Shown: one piece after another, positions 37,394 to 49,583 of the stretch
How the letters are laid out: each line of letters begins with the position of its first letter
Numbering within the stretch: position 1 is the first letter of the stretch
Origin: Octopus vulgaris
Lineage: Eukaryota
Assembly: GCA_951406725.2 (NCBI GenBank)
Contig: OX597819.1
Location: forward strand, 15,500,001 to 15,564,000
Direction: 5' to 3'
Length of the DNA stretch: 64,000 nucleotides
The notes under the pieces: generated by a model
What the model was told of the DNA's origin: nothing
The model's input: only the letters and a program-made list of their open reading frames with translations
The model's database searches: none
Position numbers and translations under genes: made by a program

Positions 37394-38564
37394 GTATTCT
37401 TAAGGTCTACGATGATTGTGGTTCGTGTGGAGCAAGAAAGTCTACAGGTAGGCCAAGAAAAACGACCAAGAGAGAAGATCGTGCTATGGTAAAGTTGGTT
37501 AACAAGGACAGATTTAAAACTGCTGCTGCTGTTTCTCGGGAAATGAGCATTGTACTGAAGAAAACTTTATCTCAAAAAACTGTGTCTCGTCGTTTAGTTG
37601 AACATGACCTACAAGCAAGAGCACCTGCAGTGAAGCCACTGATCAGCTCCAAGAATAAAAAGTGTCGTCTTATCTTTGCAACCGAACATGTGTTGTGGTC
37701 TCAAGAAAAATGGCAAACGGTGCATTTCAGTGATGAATCTAAGTTTATGTTATTTGGCTCAGATGGGAAAAGGTACATTTGTCAGAAAGTAGGTGAAAAA
37801 TTGTCACCTAAATGCCTTAAGACTAGTGTTAAATTCGGTGAAGGAAGTGTCATGGTTTCGTGGATGATATCTGGAGATGGTGTGGGCCCCTTGGTGCGAT
37901 TACATGGAAAGGTAAATGAAGGAGTTTATAAACAACTTGTAAAAGATCATGCCTTGCCTGTGCTGAGAAATTCAACTAAGCGATCACCCATATTCATGCA
38001 GGACAATGCCCCATGTCACAAGGCTAAGGTGGTCATGAACTTTCTCAAGGCTGAAAAGATTATTGTTATGGATTGGCCTGCTCAAAGCCCAGATCTTAAT
38101 CCTATTGAAAATGTGTGGAATATTCTAGGAGAACGTTCGAAAGCCAGAAATCCTAAAACAACCGAGCAATTATGGAATGCCCTTCAGGAAGAATGGAATA
38201 AGATCACCCAGCAAGAAATTGAAAATTTAATTTCCTCATGCAGTCGAAGATGTCAAAGTGTGATTGAAGCTAAAGGGCTTCACACTAAATATTAAATAAT
38301 TCCAGTATTCTCTGTCATTTTTGATTATTTTGTTATTCTTTCATCCGTTCTGATCATTTTGGCCGCCATGGGTTTTGCAGTAAATCACTAAATCATCCAT
38401 AACTTTTGTATTATCCTCTCAAATTACACCAAAATCTCAGACAATAATAATTAATATCGTATTTATTGTCTGTTAAAAGTATTGAATATAAAACAACTTT
38501 GATAAAAACTTATACCTACTTTTCTGACGAAATCAATGCCGTCCTGAAATTTTGGCCGCAACTG
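37394..38564 (+). mobile_element. 5'-truncated Tc1 copy (same family as 16867-18486) with open C-terminal transposase ORF 37486-38295
   Basis: GRPRKTT, FSDE, QDNA-34-E, GLHTKY*. The right TIR ends TTTGGCCGCAACTG|TA. Confidence 0.93.
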
Positions 38565-38596
38565 TATATACACACACATACATAAATATATATATA

Positions 38597-41595
38597 ACTG
38601 GAACGCCCTCTCCACGGCTTACATTTAATCTGACACTTAGGGGAGACTGCCTCTCTTTCCATGGCATACATTTAATTTGGCACTGACGCTAAACTGCCCC
38701 TCTCCATAGCCTAAACTTAATCCAGCCCTTAGGCTAGACTGTATATATATTTTCTTTTTTTTTCCTAGCTATTTCAAAACTGTGGCCATGCTGGGGTATC
38801 ACCATTTTCCTACACTGTTATTATTGAGAGCCTCTTCTTATATGTGGTATTTCGTGAATAAGGGAGTTTGATATCGCTACCTTTATTTCACCTCTTGCTG
38901 CGAGGTAGGCTCATCTGAGACTCTTGACAGGAAGAGATCCAGTTTCACTGGAAAACCCCTACATTGACTTTGTGTAGGTCCCTGAGGCTGTTTGGGAGAA
39001 TATTAAAAAGCTGGGGTCACCTGAAACCTAGGCTCTTGTAGTAACTGGTCCTGAGGCGCATTGGCATTGCTGGGATTTTTCAGACTGTCCTGTGTAGACC
39101 CATTCCGGCTTTGGTGTAGCTTTGAATGACAAAATTTGGCCCAATTCCACTCATTGTCTTCCAGATATATATTACTGTATACCTCTCCCGCCTTCGCTCC
39201 AGGGAGCAGAGTCTTACAAATACATAAAGCAACGCTTACGTTTAATTCGGCACTTAGCCTAGACTGCCCGCCTCCACACACTACGTTTAATCCAGCATTT
39301 AGGATAGACTGTCCCTACCACGGCCAATGCTTAAGCCGGAACTTGGGCAAACTGCCCCCACACTACGGCCGATGTTTAATCCGGCACTTAAGCTAGTTGC
39401 CCCACTCCACAGCCTACCTTTACTCCGGTACTTAATCTAGATTGCCAATTTCTACGGCCTACGTTTAATCTGGCACTTAGGCTAGACGTCGCTCACACTC
39501 CATGACCTAAGCTTAATCCGGCATTTAGGCAAGACTGCCCCCACCACCACAGCCTTAGGCTGGATTGCCAATCTCAAAGGCCAACGTTTAATCCGGCACT
39601 TAGGTTCACTGCCCCTTCACAATCTACTTTTATCTGGCACTTAGGGTAGACTGCCCCTCCACGACCTACGTTTAATCCGACATTTAGGCTACGTTTTGCC
39701 CATAATCCACAGCCTACATATAATCCGGCACTGAGGCTAGACTGCCCTTCCACACACTACATTTAATCCGGTAGTAACGTTATACTGCCCTTCTTCCACA
39801 GCCTGTTTAATCCAGCGCTTAAGCTACACTACCCACCTCCACAACTTATGGCATTTAGGCTAGGCAGCCCGCATGTCACAGCCTACGTTTAATCCGGCAT
39901 TCATTTCACAACGTTTAATCTGGCACTTAGGCTAAACTTTGCCAACACCCCGCATCCACGGCCTACGTTTAATCTGGAATTTAGGCGAGACTTTCCTACG
40001 TACACGGCCAGTGTTTAATCTGGCACTAAGGCGAGTCTTTGCCAAACCCCGCATCCACAGCCTACATTGAATCCAATATTTAGGCTAGACTGCTCCTTCT
40101 ACAGCGGCCTACATTTAATCCGGCACTTAGGGTAGTATGTCCCCTTCAATGGCCTACGTTTAATCGGGCTAAGGCTAGACTGACTTTCCTCCATGGCCAA
40201 CGTTTAATCAGCACTTACGCTAGACAGCCTCTTCCACGACCTACATTTAATTCGGACTTAGGCTAGACTGCACCTCTCTCCACGACGCACGTTTCATCCG
40301 GCATTTTGGTTAGACTGCCTTCTTTCCACAATATACGTTTAATCCGGCACGTAATCTTGACTGCTCTCTCCACGGCCTACGTTTAGTCCGGCACTTACGC
40401 TAGACTGCCCCACCTCTTGGCCTACATTTTATCCGGAATTTAGGCTAGACTGCCCTTCACTCCACGACCTTTGTATAATTCGGCTCTTAGGCTAGACGGC
40501 CCCATTTCACAGCCTATGTATAATTCGGCTCTTAGGCTAGACGGCCCCATTTCACAGCCTATGTTTAATCCGGCACTTTAGCAAGTCTTCTCCACCAGCT
40601 CGCCCTACGTTTAATCCCGCACTTAGGCTAGACTGCCACCCACAACAGCGTATGTTTAATCCGGCACTTAGGCTGCTCTGCCCCCTCCACAGCCTACATT
40701 CAGTCCGACCCTTCAAGGCCTAGGTTTAATCCGGCACCTAGGCTAGACTGCCCCTCACTCTACGACCTACGTTTAATCCAATACTTAGGCTAGACAGCCC
40801 TCACCACGATCTACTTTAAATCTGGCACTTAGGGTAGATTTCGTCAAACCCCTCTACGGCCTATGTTTAATCGGGCACTTAGACTAGACTGCCCCTCCCG
40901 CCACAGACAATATTTTATATGACACATAGGCTAGTCTACCCCCTCCATGATCTACATTTAAAGTGGCACTAAGGATAGACTTCGCCCCATCCCTCAACGG
41001 CATTTGTTTAATCCAGAACTTAGGCTAGACAGTACCCATTTTATGGTCTACGTTTAATCCGGCATGTAATCTTGACTGCACCCCCTCCACGGGCTACGTT
41101 TAGCCCAGCACTTAGGGTAGACTGCCCCTCACTCCAAGACCTACATTTAATCCGGTACTTAGGCTACACGGCCCACACCATGATCTACTTTAAATTTGGC
41201 AATCTACTTTCGATTTCGCCAAACCCCTCCATGGCCTACATTTAATCTGGTATTTAGGCTAGACTGCTACCTGCCAAGACCTACATATAATCTGGAATAA
41301 TAGGCTAGATTCCCCCTCCCTTCCTATGGCCTATGTTTAATCCGACACAGGCTAGATTTAATCCGGCAATTAGGCTAGACAGCTCTTCCACCACAGCTTA
41401 CGATTAGTCTGGCACTTAGGCTTGACTGCCACAGACCACATTTAATCCGGCTCTTTGGCTAGAATTCTCCACCTCCACACCCTATGTTTAGTCCGGCACT
41501 TAGCCAAGACTACACCCCTCCAAGGCCTACGCTTAATCCGGTATTGAAGCAAGACTGCCACCCACAATGGCCTACGTTTAATCCAGCAATTAGGT
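38597..41595. repeat. Degenerate minisatellite array, roughly 50 units of ~45-52 bp, interrupted at ~38722-39225
   Basis: Consensus ccac(g/a)gcctacgtttaatccggcacttaggctagactgccc followed by a variable C/T-rich linker. Confidence 0.92.
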
Positions 41596-41611
41596 GGTGG
41601 AATGGGAGGCA

Positions 41612-41850
41612 GGACTTCCTGGAAAAATTCGATAGGGGGGGAGGATGGGGACTTCCCGGAAAAGTCCAAGGTAGGAGAGTTGAAGGGGAGAAAAGGGTGC
41701 AAGGAGGAGGCATTTACTGGAAAATCCGAGTAGTGGGTGAAAAGGGGACATTGCTGGAAAAGTCCAAGGAGAGAGGGAATGGGAGGAAGGTGAAGGATTT
41801 CCTGGAAAAGTCTGAGGAGGGGGCAGGATGGGAATTTACTGGAAAAGTTC
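41612..41850 (+). repeat. Six degenerate units of (gga)ttt(c/a)ctggaaaagtcc in G-rich spacers
   Basis: Cores at 41616, 41653, 41714, 41751, 41799 and 41836. Confidence 0.75.
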
Positions 41851-42271
41851 AAGAAGGGGAAGTTGAGGAGGAAGTCCGCCACATTTAGGTGGAAAATATA
41901 CTTCATGATTCCGTAATGCTGCTTTTTACGTCTCGCTCAGAGATTTATTATTGCTTGCTTGTCCCCCTTACATTGTTGCATAAGCCAACCACATTCGACA
42001 AAGCAGTTTATCATGATACCAGTACTGATGAAGCTTCCTTGTACTCACAACAGTAAACAGAATTTGTTATCTCCGTTCGTTCGAAGCAACGTAACCAAGT
42101 GAAAAGAATAGAGAGTAATGACGGATGAACTGAAGAGGGTCGAAGAAGACATTGTGGTTGGGGTGATAGCGGAGGAAATAATGGGAATGTAATGGCAGAG
42201 GTAATGGAGGAGAGCCTGATGTTGATATGGCAGCTTCCATCACTATCAAAGACTTAATATTCATTAAGTTT

Positions 42272-42790
42272 AAGGCGGTGAGCTGGCAGAAGCGTTAGCA
42301 CACCGGGCGAAATGCTTAGCGGTATTTCGTCTGGCGCTACGTTCTGAGTTCAAATTCCGCCGAGGTCGACTTTGCCTTTCATCCTTAATTCATTTGTCTG
42401 TCCTTGTTTGTCCCCTCTGTGTGTAGCCCCTTGTGGGTAGTAAAGAAATAGGTATTTCATCTGCCACTACGTCCTGAGTTCAAACTCTGCCGAAGTCGAC
42501 TTTGCCTTTCATCCTTTCAGGGTTGATAAAATTAAGTATCAGCTACACACTGGGGTCGATGTAATCGACTTAATCCGTTTATTTGACCCATCTGTGTTTA
42601 GACATTTGTGGGTAGTAAAGAAATAGGTATTTCACCTGTCTTTATGTTCTGAGTTCAAATTCCGCCGAGGTCGACTTTGCCTTTCATCCTTTCAGGGTTG
42701 ATAAATTAAGTACCAGTTGCGTACTGGCATCGATCTAATCGACTGACTCCCTTCCCCAAAATTTAGGGCCTTGTGCCTAGAGTAGAAAAG
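42272..42790 (+). mobile_element. tRNA-derived SINE, internally multimerised
   Basis: aggcggtgagctggcagaa..gttctgagttcaaattccgccgaggtcgactttgcctttcatcc repeated three times. Family also at 48324-48560 and 48968-49420. Confidence 0.8.
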
Positions 42791-43302
42791 CAAATTCATT
42801 AAGTTTCATGGATGGATCTTCTCCAGTATTAGGCTGTTAACCTTCATAGTTGTTCGTCATCATCTTCCTGTCTTTTTTGGTCTTCACTCTTCACAGGTTC
42901 CAACCACTTTGAGTGCTCTGGACTTCTTTATACAAGCGACATCCACCTCATTCCTGTTCCAGCACACGTCCAATTGTTCTTATGCCAAGTTTTCCTCAAC
43001 GCATTTGTACTTTGTTGTTCATTCACACCAACATAACACATGCAGCTCACTTTATTTCTCGTCTTTGCAAATCCTCTACATTTAAGACCATCTCACTACC
43101 ATAAAAACAAAAATCACACTTTGTACCCAAGCTTCATACAATCTGCTTTTCACTCAGAGAAAAACTCTACTGTCAACAGCAATCTTGGCTCCCTGAGCCA
43201 GCCTCTTGCTAGGCTTTTGATACCCCAACCACCACTGCTAGATAGTTCACCTTGGTAACAGATGTTATCAACTACCAAAAAGCCTTCAAGGAATATATTC
43301 TA

Positions 43303-44245
43303 TGTGTGGGGATGCAATGGCCCAGTGGTTAGGGCAGCAGACACGCAGTCATAAGATTGCAGTTTTGATTCCCAGACTGGGCGCTGTGAGTATTTATTGA
43401 GCAAAAACACCTAAAGCTCCACGAGTCTCCAGCAGGGGATGGTGGCGAAAGCTGCTGTACTCTTTCACCACAACATTCTCTCACACTTTCTTCCTGTTTC
43501 TCTAGTACCTGTATTTCAAAGGGCCAGCCTTATCACACCCCATGTCACATTGAATCTCCCTGAGAACTACATTAAGGGTACACGTGTCTGTGGAGTGCTC
43601 AGCCACTTGACATTGATTTCATGAACAGGCTGTTCCGTCGATTGGATCAACTGGAACCCTTGTCGTAACTGATGGAGTGCCACGATATTTCATGCGCATT
43701 CTTACTACTAAACTCCTACAGAACATCTGAGCAATGTCTGCCTCAACCATCAGCCTGATGGTGAGCTCATTAGACATTGAACTTCCATGGATTATGATGG
43801 CTACACTGTGTACAATTTATTCCTTGGCCCACAGTTCAACTTTATATATCAAGAATTTTTTTTGTGGCACTCCATTGATTACGACGAGGGTTCCAGTTGA
43901 TCCGGTCAATGGAACAGCCTGCTCATGAAATTAACATGCAAGTGGCTGAGCACTCCACAGACACGTGTGTACCCTTAACGTAGTTCTCGGGGGAGATTCA
44001 GCATTACACAGAGTGTGACAAGGCTGGCCCTTTGAAATACAGGTACAACAGAAACAGGAAGAATGAGTGAGAGAAAGTTGTAGTGAAAGAGTACATCAGG
44101 GTTCACCACCACCCTCTGCTGGAGCCTCGCGGGGCTTTAGGTGTTTTCATTCAATAAACACTGACAACGCCCAGACTGGGAATGAAAACCGTGATTTTAC
44201 GACCGCGAGTCTGCTGCCCTAACCACTGGGCCATTGCGCCTCAAC
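43303..44245. mobile_element. Inverted pair of tRNA-derived SINEs (43303-43683 plus; 43866-44245 minus)
   Basis: gcaatggcccagtggttagggcagcagac.. and its reverse complement ..gtctgctgccctaaccactgggccattgc. Confidence 0.82.
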
Positions 44246-46240
44246 ATATCAAGAGTATGGTTGAGAGGAAATTCAATATACAAAATACACATAGAACAGA
44301 ATGTGTTACGTGTGTAATATAGTGAGATGAAAACTAAGATTGCCCTTGCAATTAGAAGAAAAAAACTTCCCCCAAAGGTGTTTAAAATCTGTAAATAACA
44401 AACAAGAGAGATAACTCCAATATCATCAGCTGAATCAAATTGCTGGAAAGACAGTCATAGCTTATATAAAGTCATTCAATGACCCCCATTCAGTATGTAG
44501 TGACCCCTATGACAGGGATTCAGGTTTTACTTATCCTCCCCTTTTCACACAAGGGTCACATTGACCTTGTGTCGAAAGACAAGACTCACAAATCAGACAA
44601 AGAAGAGAGAGTAAAACAATTTTAATATTTGTTCATCCAAGTGAATAAAACTGTAGAGAGAGGTTTGATCCCCAGGAAGGACTTCACAAGGGAGAGTCAG
44701 GATGTGGGCAATGAGAATGATGATGATGGTGGTGGTGGTGGTGGTGGTTGGAGGAGGAGGAGGAGCAAATGACCCAGAGATAGCTTTATTCCATATGCAA
44801 CCCTCATCTTTCCTGATTTAATGTTTAGGTGTTTGTGTATGTACATACATACACACACACACATCACACAAATATACATATATATATACACACACATTAA
44901 TTACACACACACACATATATATATACATATAAACACTCATTTTTCAAGCCTTTGTATAAGTAATATATACACATACATACACACACATTTTGTCTAGTTT
45001 TAATCTATATACATCACCAATACACACACTCACAAGTCTGTACAAATTTAATAAACCATTTTATTTATTGTTGTCTCTGATATTTCATCATCACCATCAT
45101 CATCATCATTACTACCATCATCAACAGCACCATCATCATCATCATCATCACTTCTCCGTAATTCCAAGTCACCGCCACCGCCACCACCATCATCATCATC
45201 ATCATCATGGTCAATGTTGTTATTTGTGATTAAACTGAGATCTTTCACCACCAGACAAAACCGTCAGCCCTGTGTGTGTGTGTGTGTGTGTGTGTGTTAT
45301 GTTCAACGGGGTGGTGAGAAAGTGTTGAATGGCCCCTTGTTGTGGTGGGAGAGAGACAGGAGGACAAATACAGTCTCCCATCTTAAACATTTCTTTCATG
45401 TCCATTCTAAATGTTTGCCAACCAAACAAGGAATGGTACAGTTTTAACTTCATGTTTTTTTTAATAATAAAAATAATAATTGTAATAATGATTTCATAGA
45501 TTGGCATGGCACCTTAGATTACTAGGGTTAGGGGGAAGAAAATGAGATGTTATGATGGTCATGCCTTTCACAGTGTCATTAGTTCCATAACATGACAGGG
45601 ATCCAACTGGGAATTGAAACCCTATCACAGACTTGGTTTGCAGAACAAACTTAACACCATATCATGGTGATTGACAGATATCAAAAAATAACAATTATTA
45701 GTAGTAGTAGTAATAATAATAATAATAATAATAATAATGATAATAATAATGATCATAATAATAATAATAATAGTAGCTTTTGTCCATGGCAGAAAACCAA
45801 ATTTTGTACAGAGAGGTGGAAGGGTCAGTTGATTGAAGCTCCATGTATTACTGGTATTGCCTGCCAAACAGGAATGAACAATGAGGTACTGAGCTGGGAG
45901 ATCATAAAGGGGCCGAGACTGTCTTTCTATAGTTTAGGTCAACATCAACACATCGTCTATAATAATAATAATTATCATTATTATAATAATTATAATAAAG
46001 ATGTGACCCTTGTTTGCCAGATAATCTCACTGCCATAACTCTGGACCCCCAAATTGTTTTTTTTTGTCAACTTCTTGTGTTCAGTTAAGATTTCTTCTGA
46101 TGCTTTATTGCCAAACTGAGGCCAGGTCAACCGAGGTCAGATCAGGTCAGGTCAAGCTGACATCCATCGGTGGCATCCATGTTTGGCCAGTTGATGAGGT
46201 TGCAGTCTGAAAACACCGCAGAAGCAGCAGTGGACCGTGG

Positions 46241-46525
46241 TCAAACTTCGACACCCAAGTGCATCACACCACCATCGGCTATTGGTACATATTTGTCAGA
46301 GCCAACCTGAACTAACAGGATGGTGTAGTCAACATGGGACCTGCAGACAGGGTCACGGTGACACGGGACCCATCGATGTACAATAGTGCCCTCTAATCCC
46401 TTTGTGGGTGTCCAGCCATTCCAACCACTTTTGCCTCCATTTTGTTTCCAATCGTCACGGGGCCACTGAACATCGATACGACGGCCTAGGTTCATATTGT
46501 CATACATTTGGCTGGGATCCATTAT
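46241..46525 (-). CDS. pcnx: Pecanex terminal exon IMDPSQ...HRWVPCHRDP..HLGVEV*
   Basis: Matches the PCNX1 C-terminus (WPDE..GMEGHVIHRWVPC..LELGAEV). AG acceptor at 46526-46527, TGA at 46241-46243. Confidence 0.95.
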   Translation of the reverse strand: MMDPSQMYDNMNLGRRIDVQWPRDDWKQNGGKSGWNGWTPTKGLEGTIVHRWVPCHRDPVCRSHVDYTILLVQVGSDKYVPIADGGVMHLGVEV

Positions 46526-46746
46526 CTGTGAAAGAGACAAACAGACAGACGTGTACAATTTAGATATTGTGAATGAATAATAACACAGATACACACGTAT
46601 ATACACTACACACATATGATGTACAGGGCACACACACACACACATGTATGGGGTGCTATTCCCAGTTCATGGGAGCAAAGACAAGTGAATACTCAGACAC
46701 AAACACAATATACTGTACATATATATTCATAATGTATACACATGTA

Positions 46747-46783
<37 letters not shown>

Positions 46784-47428
46784 ACAACATCATCAATATC
46801 AAAATCAAGTCAAATGGAAATTGTAGTTGTGACCCCCATGCTGGTAGCACGTAAAAAGCACCATCCGAATGTGGCTGATGCCAGCTCCTCTGGCCCGTGC
46901 CAGTGGCACGTGAAAAGCACCCACTACACTCTCAGAGTGGTTGGCATTAGGAAGGGCATCGAGCTGTAGAAACTCTGCCAACCCATGCCAGCATGGAAAA
47001 CGGACGTTAAACACTGATGATGATGACGATGATATATATATATATATATATATATTTATGTATATGTAAAAAAATACAAACTGGGACAAGAACGCAAAAC
47101 ATTTAGAAGACGATACAAAAAACAAGGACAGGACATTCGAAGCCTTCAATCTTCAGTCAAGAACCGGATCGTCCTCGCAATATCGGCTGATTAATCTTGA
47201 GATCGCTCCGATCCGGCCAGCTCCAAGGAAAAACTAAGCTATGAGCATTAGATTTCTTGGAAAAAGGATCGAACGTATACGAAACAAGGACAGAAAAACG
47301 GACGATGCCACACGAATATAAATACAAAAAACAATATATATACATACACACACATCATAAAAACACACAAACAACACACACACACAATATACCCCAAAAT
47401 ACATAAAGGTGAAAGTACAAATACTTAC

Positions 47429-47802
47429 TCTAACCCGTTGTGAGATGGTTGGTTCTTTAGTGGTGGTGTTGACAGGGTTTGAACCAGGGGCAGTGCTAGT
47501 TACAACAGTAGGTGCAGTGGGTGCAGTAGCAGGTACACCATTACCACTGCTGCTGCTCCTGCTATCAAGGAGAGCCGTTATAGAAGGGGTTGTTGTTGCT
47601 GTTGATGTTGGTGTGGTTGTTGCCGTGGTAACAGCAGCAGGTGAGCTCAACTTACTGTTGTGACTGTTGGTTAGGTTCTGCAGTGTGATGTCAGACTGGT
47701 TGCTAGGTGACACAGCACCACTACCTGTTGTTGCCGCTCCACCGCCTACTGATGGTGCACCAGTGGTTGGTGGTGCACTGTTGGAGTTGGAACGCATTGA
47801 AC
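47429..47802 (-). CDS. pcnx: Pecanex exon, S/T/A/P-rich linker
   Basis: AG at 47803-47804, GTAAGT at 47428. 374 nt, phase 1 to 0, open frame joining the flanking exons. Confidence 0.85.
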
Positions 47803-47842
47803 CTGGGGAGAGAGAGGAAAGGTAGAGGTAGGGGAAGTGCAG

Positions 47843-47882
<40 letters not shown>

Positions 47883-48797
47883 CAGAGAGAGAGTAACAGA
47901 TTGTAAGGTTGTATGGGTGGTGGAGGTGGTGGTGATGGTGGTGTTTAGCCCCAGGTCAGCCCAGTCAAGAGCAGAGCTGTGAACACAGACATCCAAAGCA
48001 TGTCTATATTGTCTTCTATTCAGGCACATTGCATCTAGGTCTATATCTAATGCCATCATCTTTTTAAATGGTAAACTGTGATTTGTGGGAGATTTGGCTG
48101 CTACTTCTAGCAGATTAACCAACAACATAGAGGCTCCCACACTGGTTTATAGAGTGTAGAGACACACACACATGGTGTGGTGGTAACATATATGATAATG
48201 CTAGTATGTGTGTGTGTGTGGTTGTGATACTGTATGCATTTGTGGTAGTGGTAGAGGGTGTATGATTGATAGGGGTGGTGGCCTTACGTGTATGTATTGG
48301 TGTAGTGGTATAGCGTGTGGGATAAGGCGGCGAGCTGGCAGAGACGTTAGCACGCCAGGCAAAACGCTTAGCGGTATTTCGTCTGCCGCTACGTTCTGAG
48401 TTCAAATTCCGCCAAGGTCAACTTTGCCTTTTATCCTTTCAGGGTCGATTAAATAAGTACCAGTTACGCACTGGGGTCGATATAATCGACTTAATCCGTT
48501 TGTCTGTCCTTGTTTGTCCCCTCTGTGTGTAGCCCCTTGTGGGTAGTGAAGAAATAGGTATTGTGTGTAGGAGATTGTGCACTTGTCTATATACATGTGT
48601 GTGTGTGTATGTGTGTGTGTGTGTGTGTGCGTATAACTTGTGTGTGGGTAGTGGTGTGTGGTGGTAGTGATGGTCAAAGAGTGAACAGGTGAGGGTGTTG
48701 TGGTGATTTAACTTTCATAGGATAACATCATGATGCACACACACACACACACACGTACGCACGCATACATAAAGACAGATGCCTTAACAAACCATAC

Positions 48798-48904
48798 CAA
48801 GTTGCACAGCTGCAGCAGCATGGGTGCAGGCGCTGGTGTAGGTCGCTTCTTCTTGGAAACCAGAACTTCTTCCTGCACAGCTGGCACCACAGTGCCGACG
48901 CATT
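48798..48904 (-). CDS. pcnx: Pecanex exon (R)MRRHCGASCAGRSSG..
   Basis: Resembles RLRKGCGAGCNSGG. 107 nt, phase 2 to 1, AG/GT junctions. Confidence 0.88.
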
Positions 48905-49583
48905 CTGTAAATAACAAAAAAAAAAAAACAGCAACCATAAATAGCATCATCACTATGACAACATTAGTTAGGCAGAAACATTAGCACGACGAGTGAAATG
49001 CTTAGCAGTATTTCGTCTGTCTTTACGTTGTGAGTTTGAATTCCGCCGAGGTCGACTTTGCCTTTCATCCTTTCTGGGTTGATAAATTAAGTACCTGTTT
49101 CTTTACTACCCACAAGGGGCTAAACACAGAGAGGATAAACAAGGACAGACAAACGGATTAAGTCGATTATATCGACCCCAGTGCGTAACTGGTACTTAAT
49201 TTATCGACCCCGAAAGGATGAAAGGCAAAGTCGACCTCGGCAGAATTTGAACTCAGAACGTAACGGCAGACGGAATACGGCTACGCATTTCGCCCGGCGT
49301 GCTAACGTTTCTGCCAGCTCACCGCCTTTTAAATTAAGTACCAGTTGCATACTGGTGTCAATCTAATCGACTGGCCTCCCTCCCCACAAATTTCAGGCCT
49401 CGTGCCCAGAGTAGAAAAGATTAGTAACTTAGCTCCAGAGTCAGGCATAACAGCCTCTACTTCTAGTTACAATCACTCCTCTTCCTATCATTGCTCTACA
49501 AAATCCTCTTCTACAGACCCAGCCCAACCAGTCTTCCTCAACCCTTGCCAACTCCAGCCCCAACAGCATACAAGAACTTGCAC

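Noticed and set aside
38597-41595. CRISPR-like repeat/spacer array or telomeric TTAGGC repeats
   Set aside because: Linkers are only ~10-15 nt, low-complexity and mutually similar. Repeats are degenerate, there are no cas genes and the context is eukaryotic. TTAGGC occurs only once per unit.
41442-41906. 134-154 aa ORFs across the array end
   Set aside because: Low-complexity translations of repeats with no recognisable domain or splice signals.
42272-42370. tRNA gene
   Set aside because: The A/B-box-like head continues into a SINE body repeated several times in the window; no clean cloverleaf.
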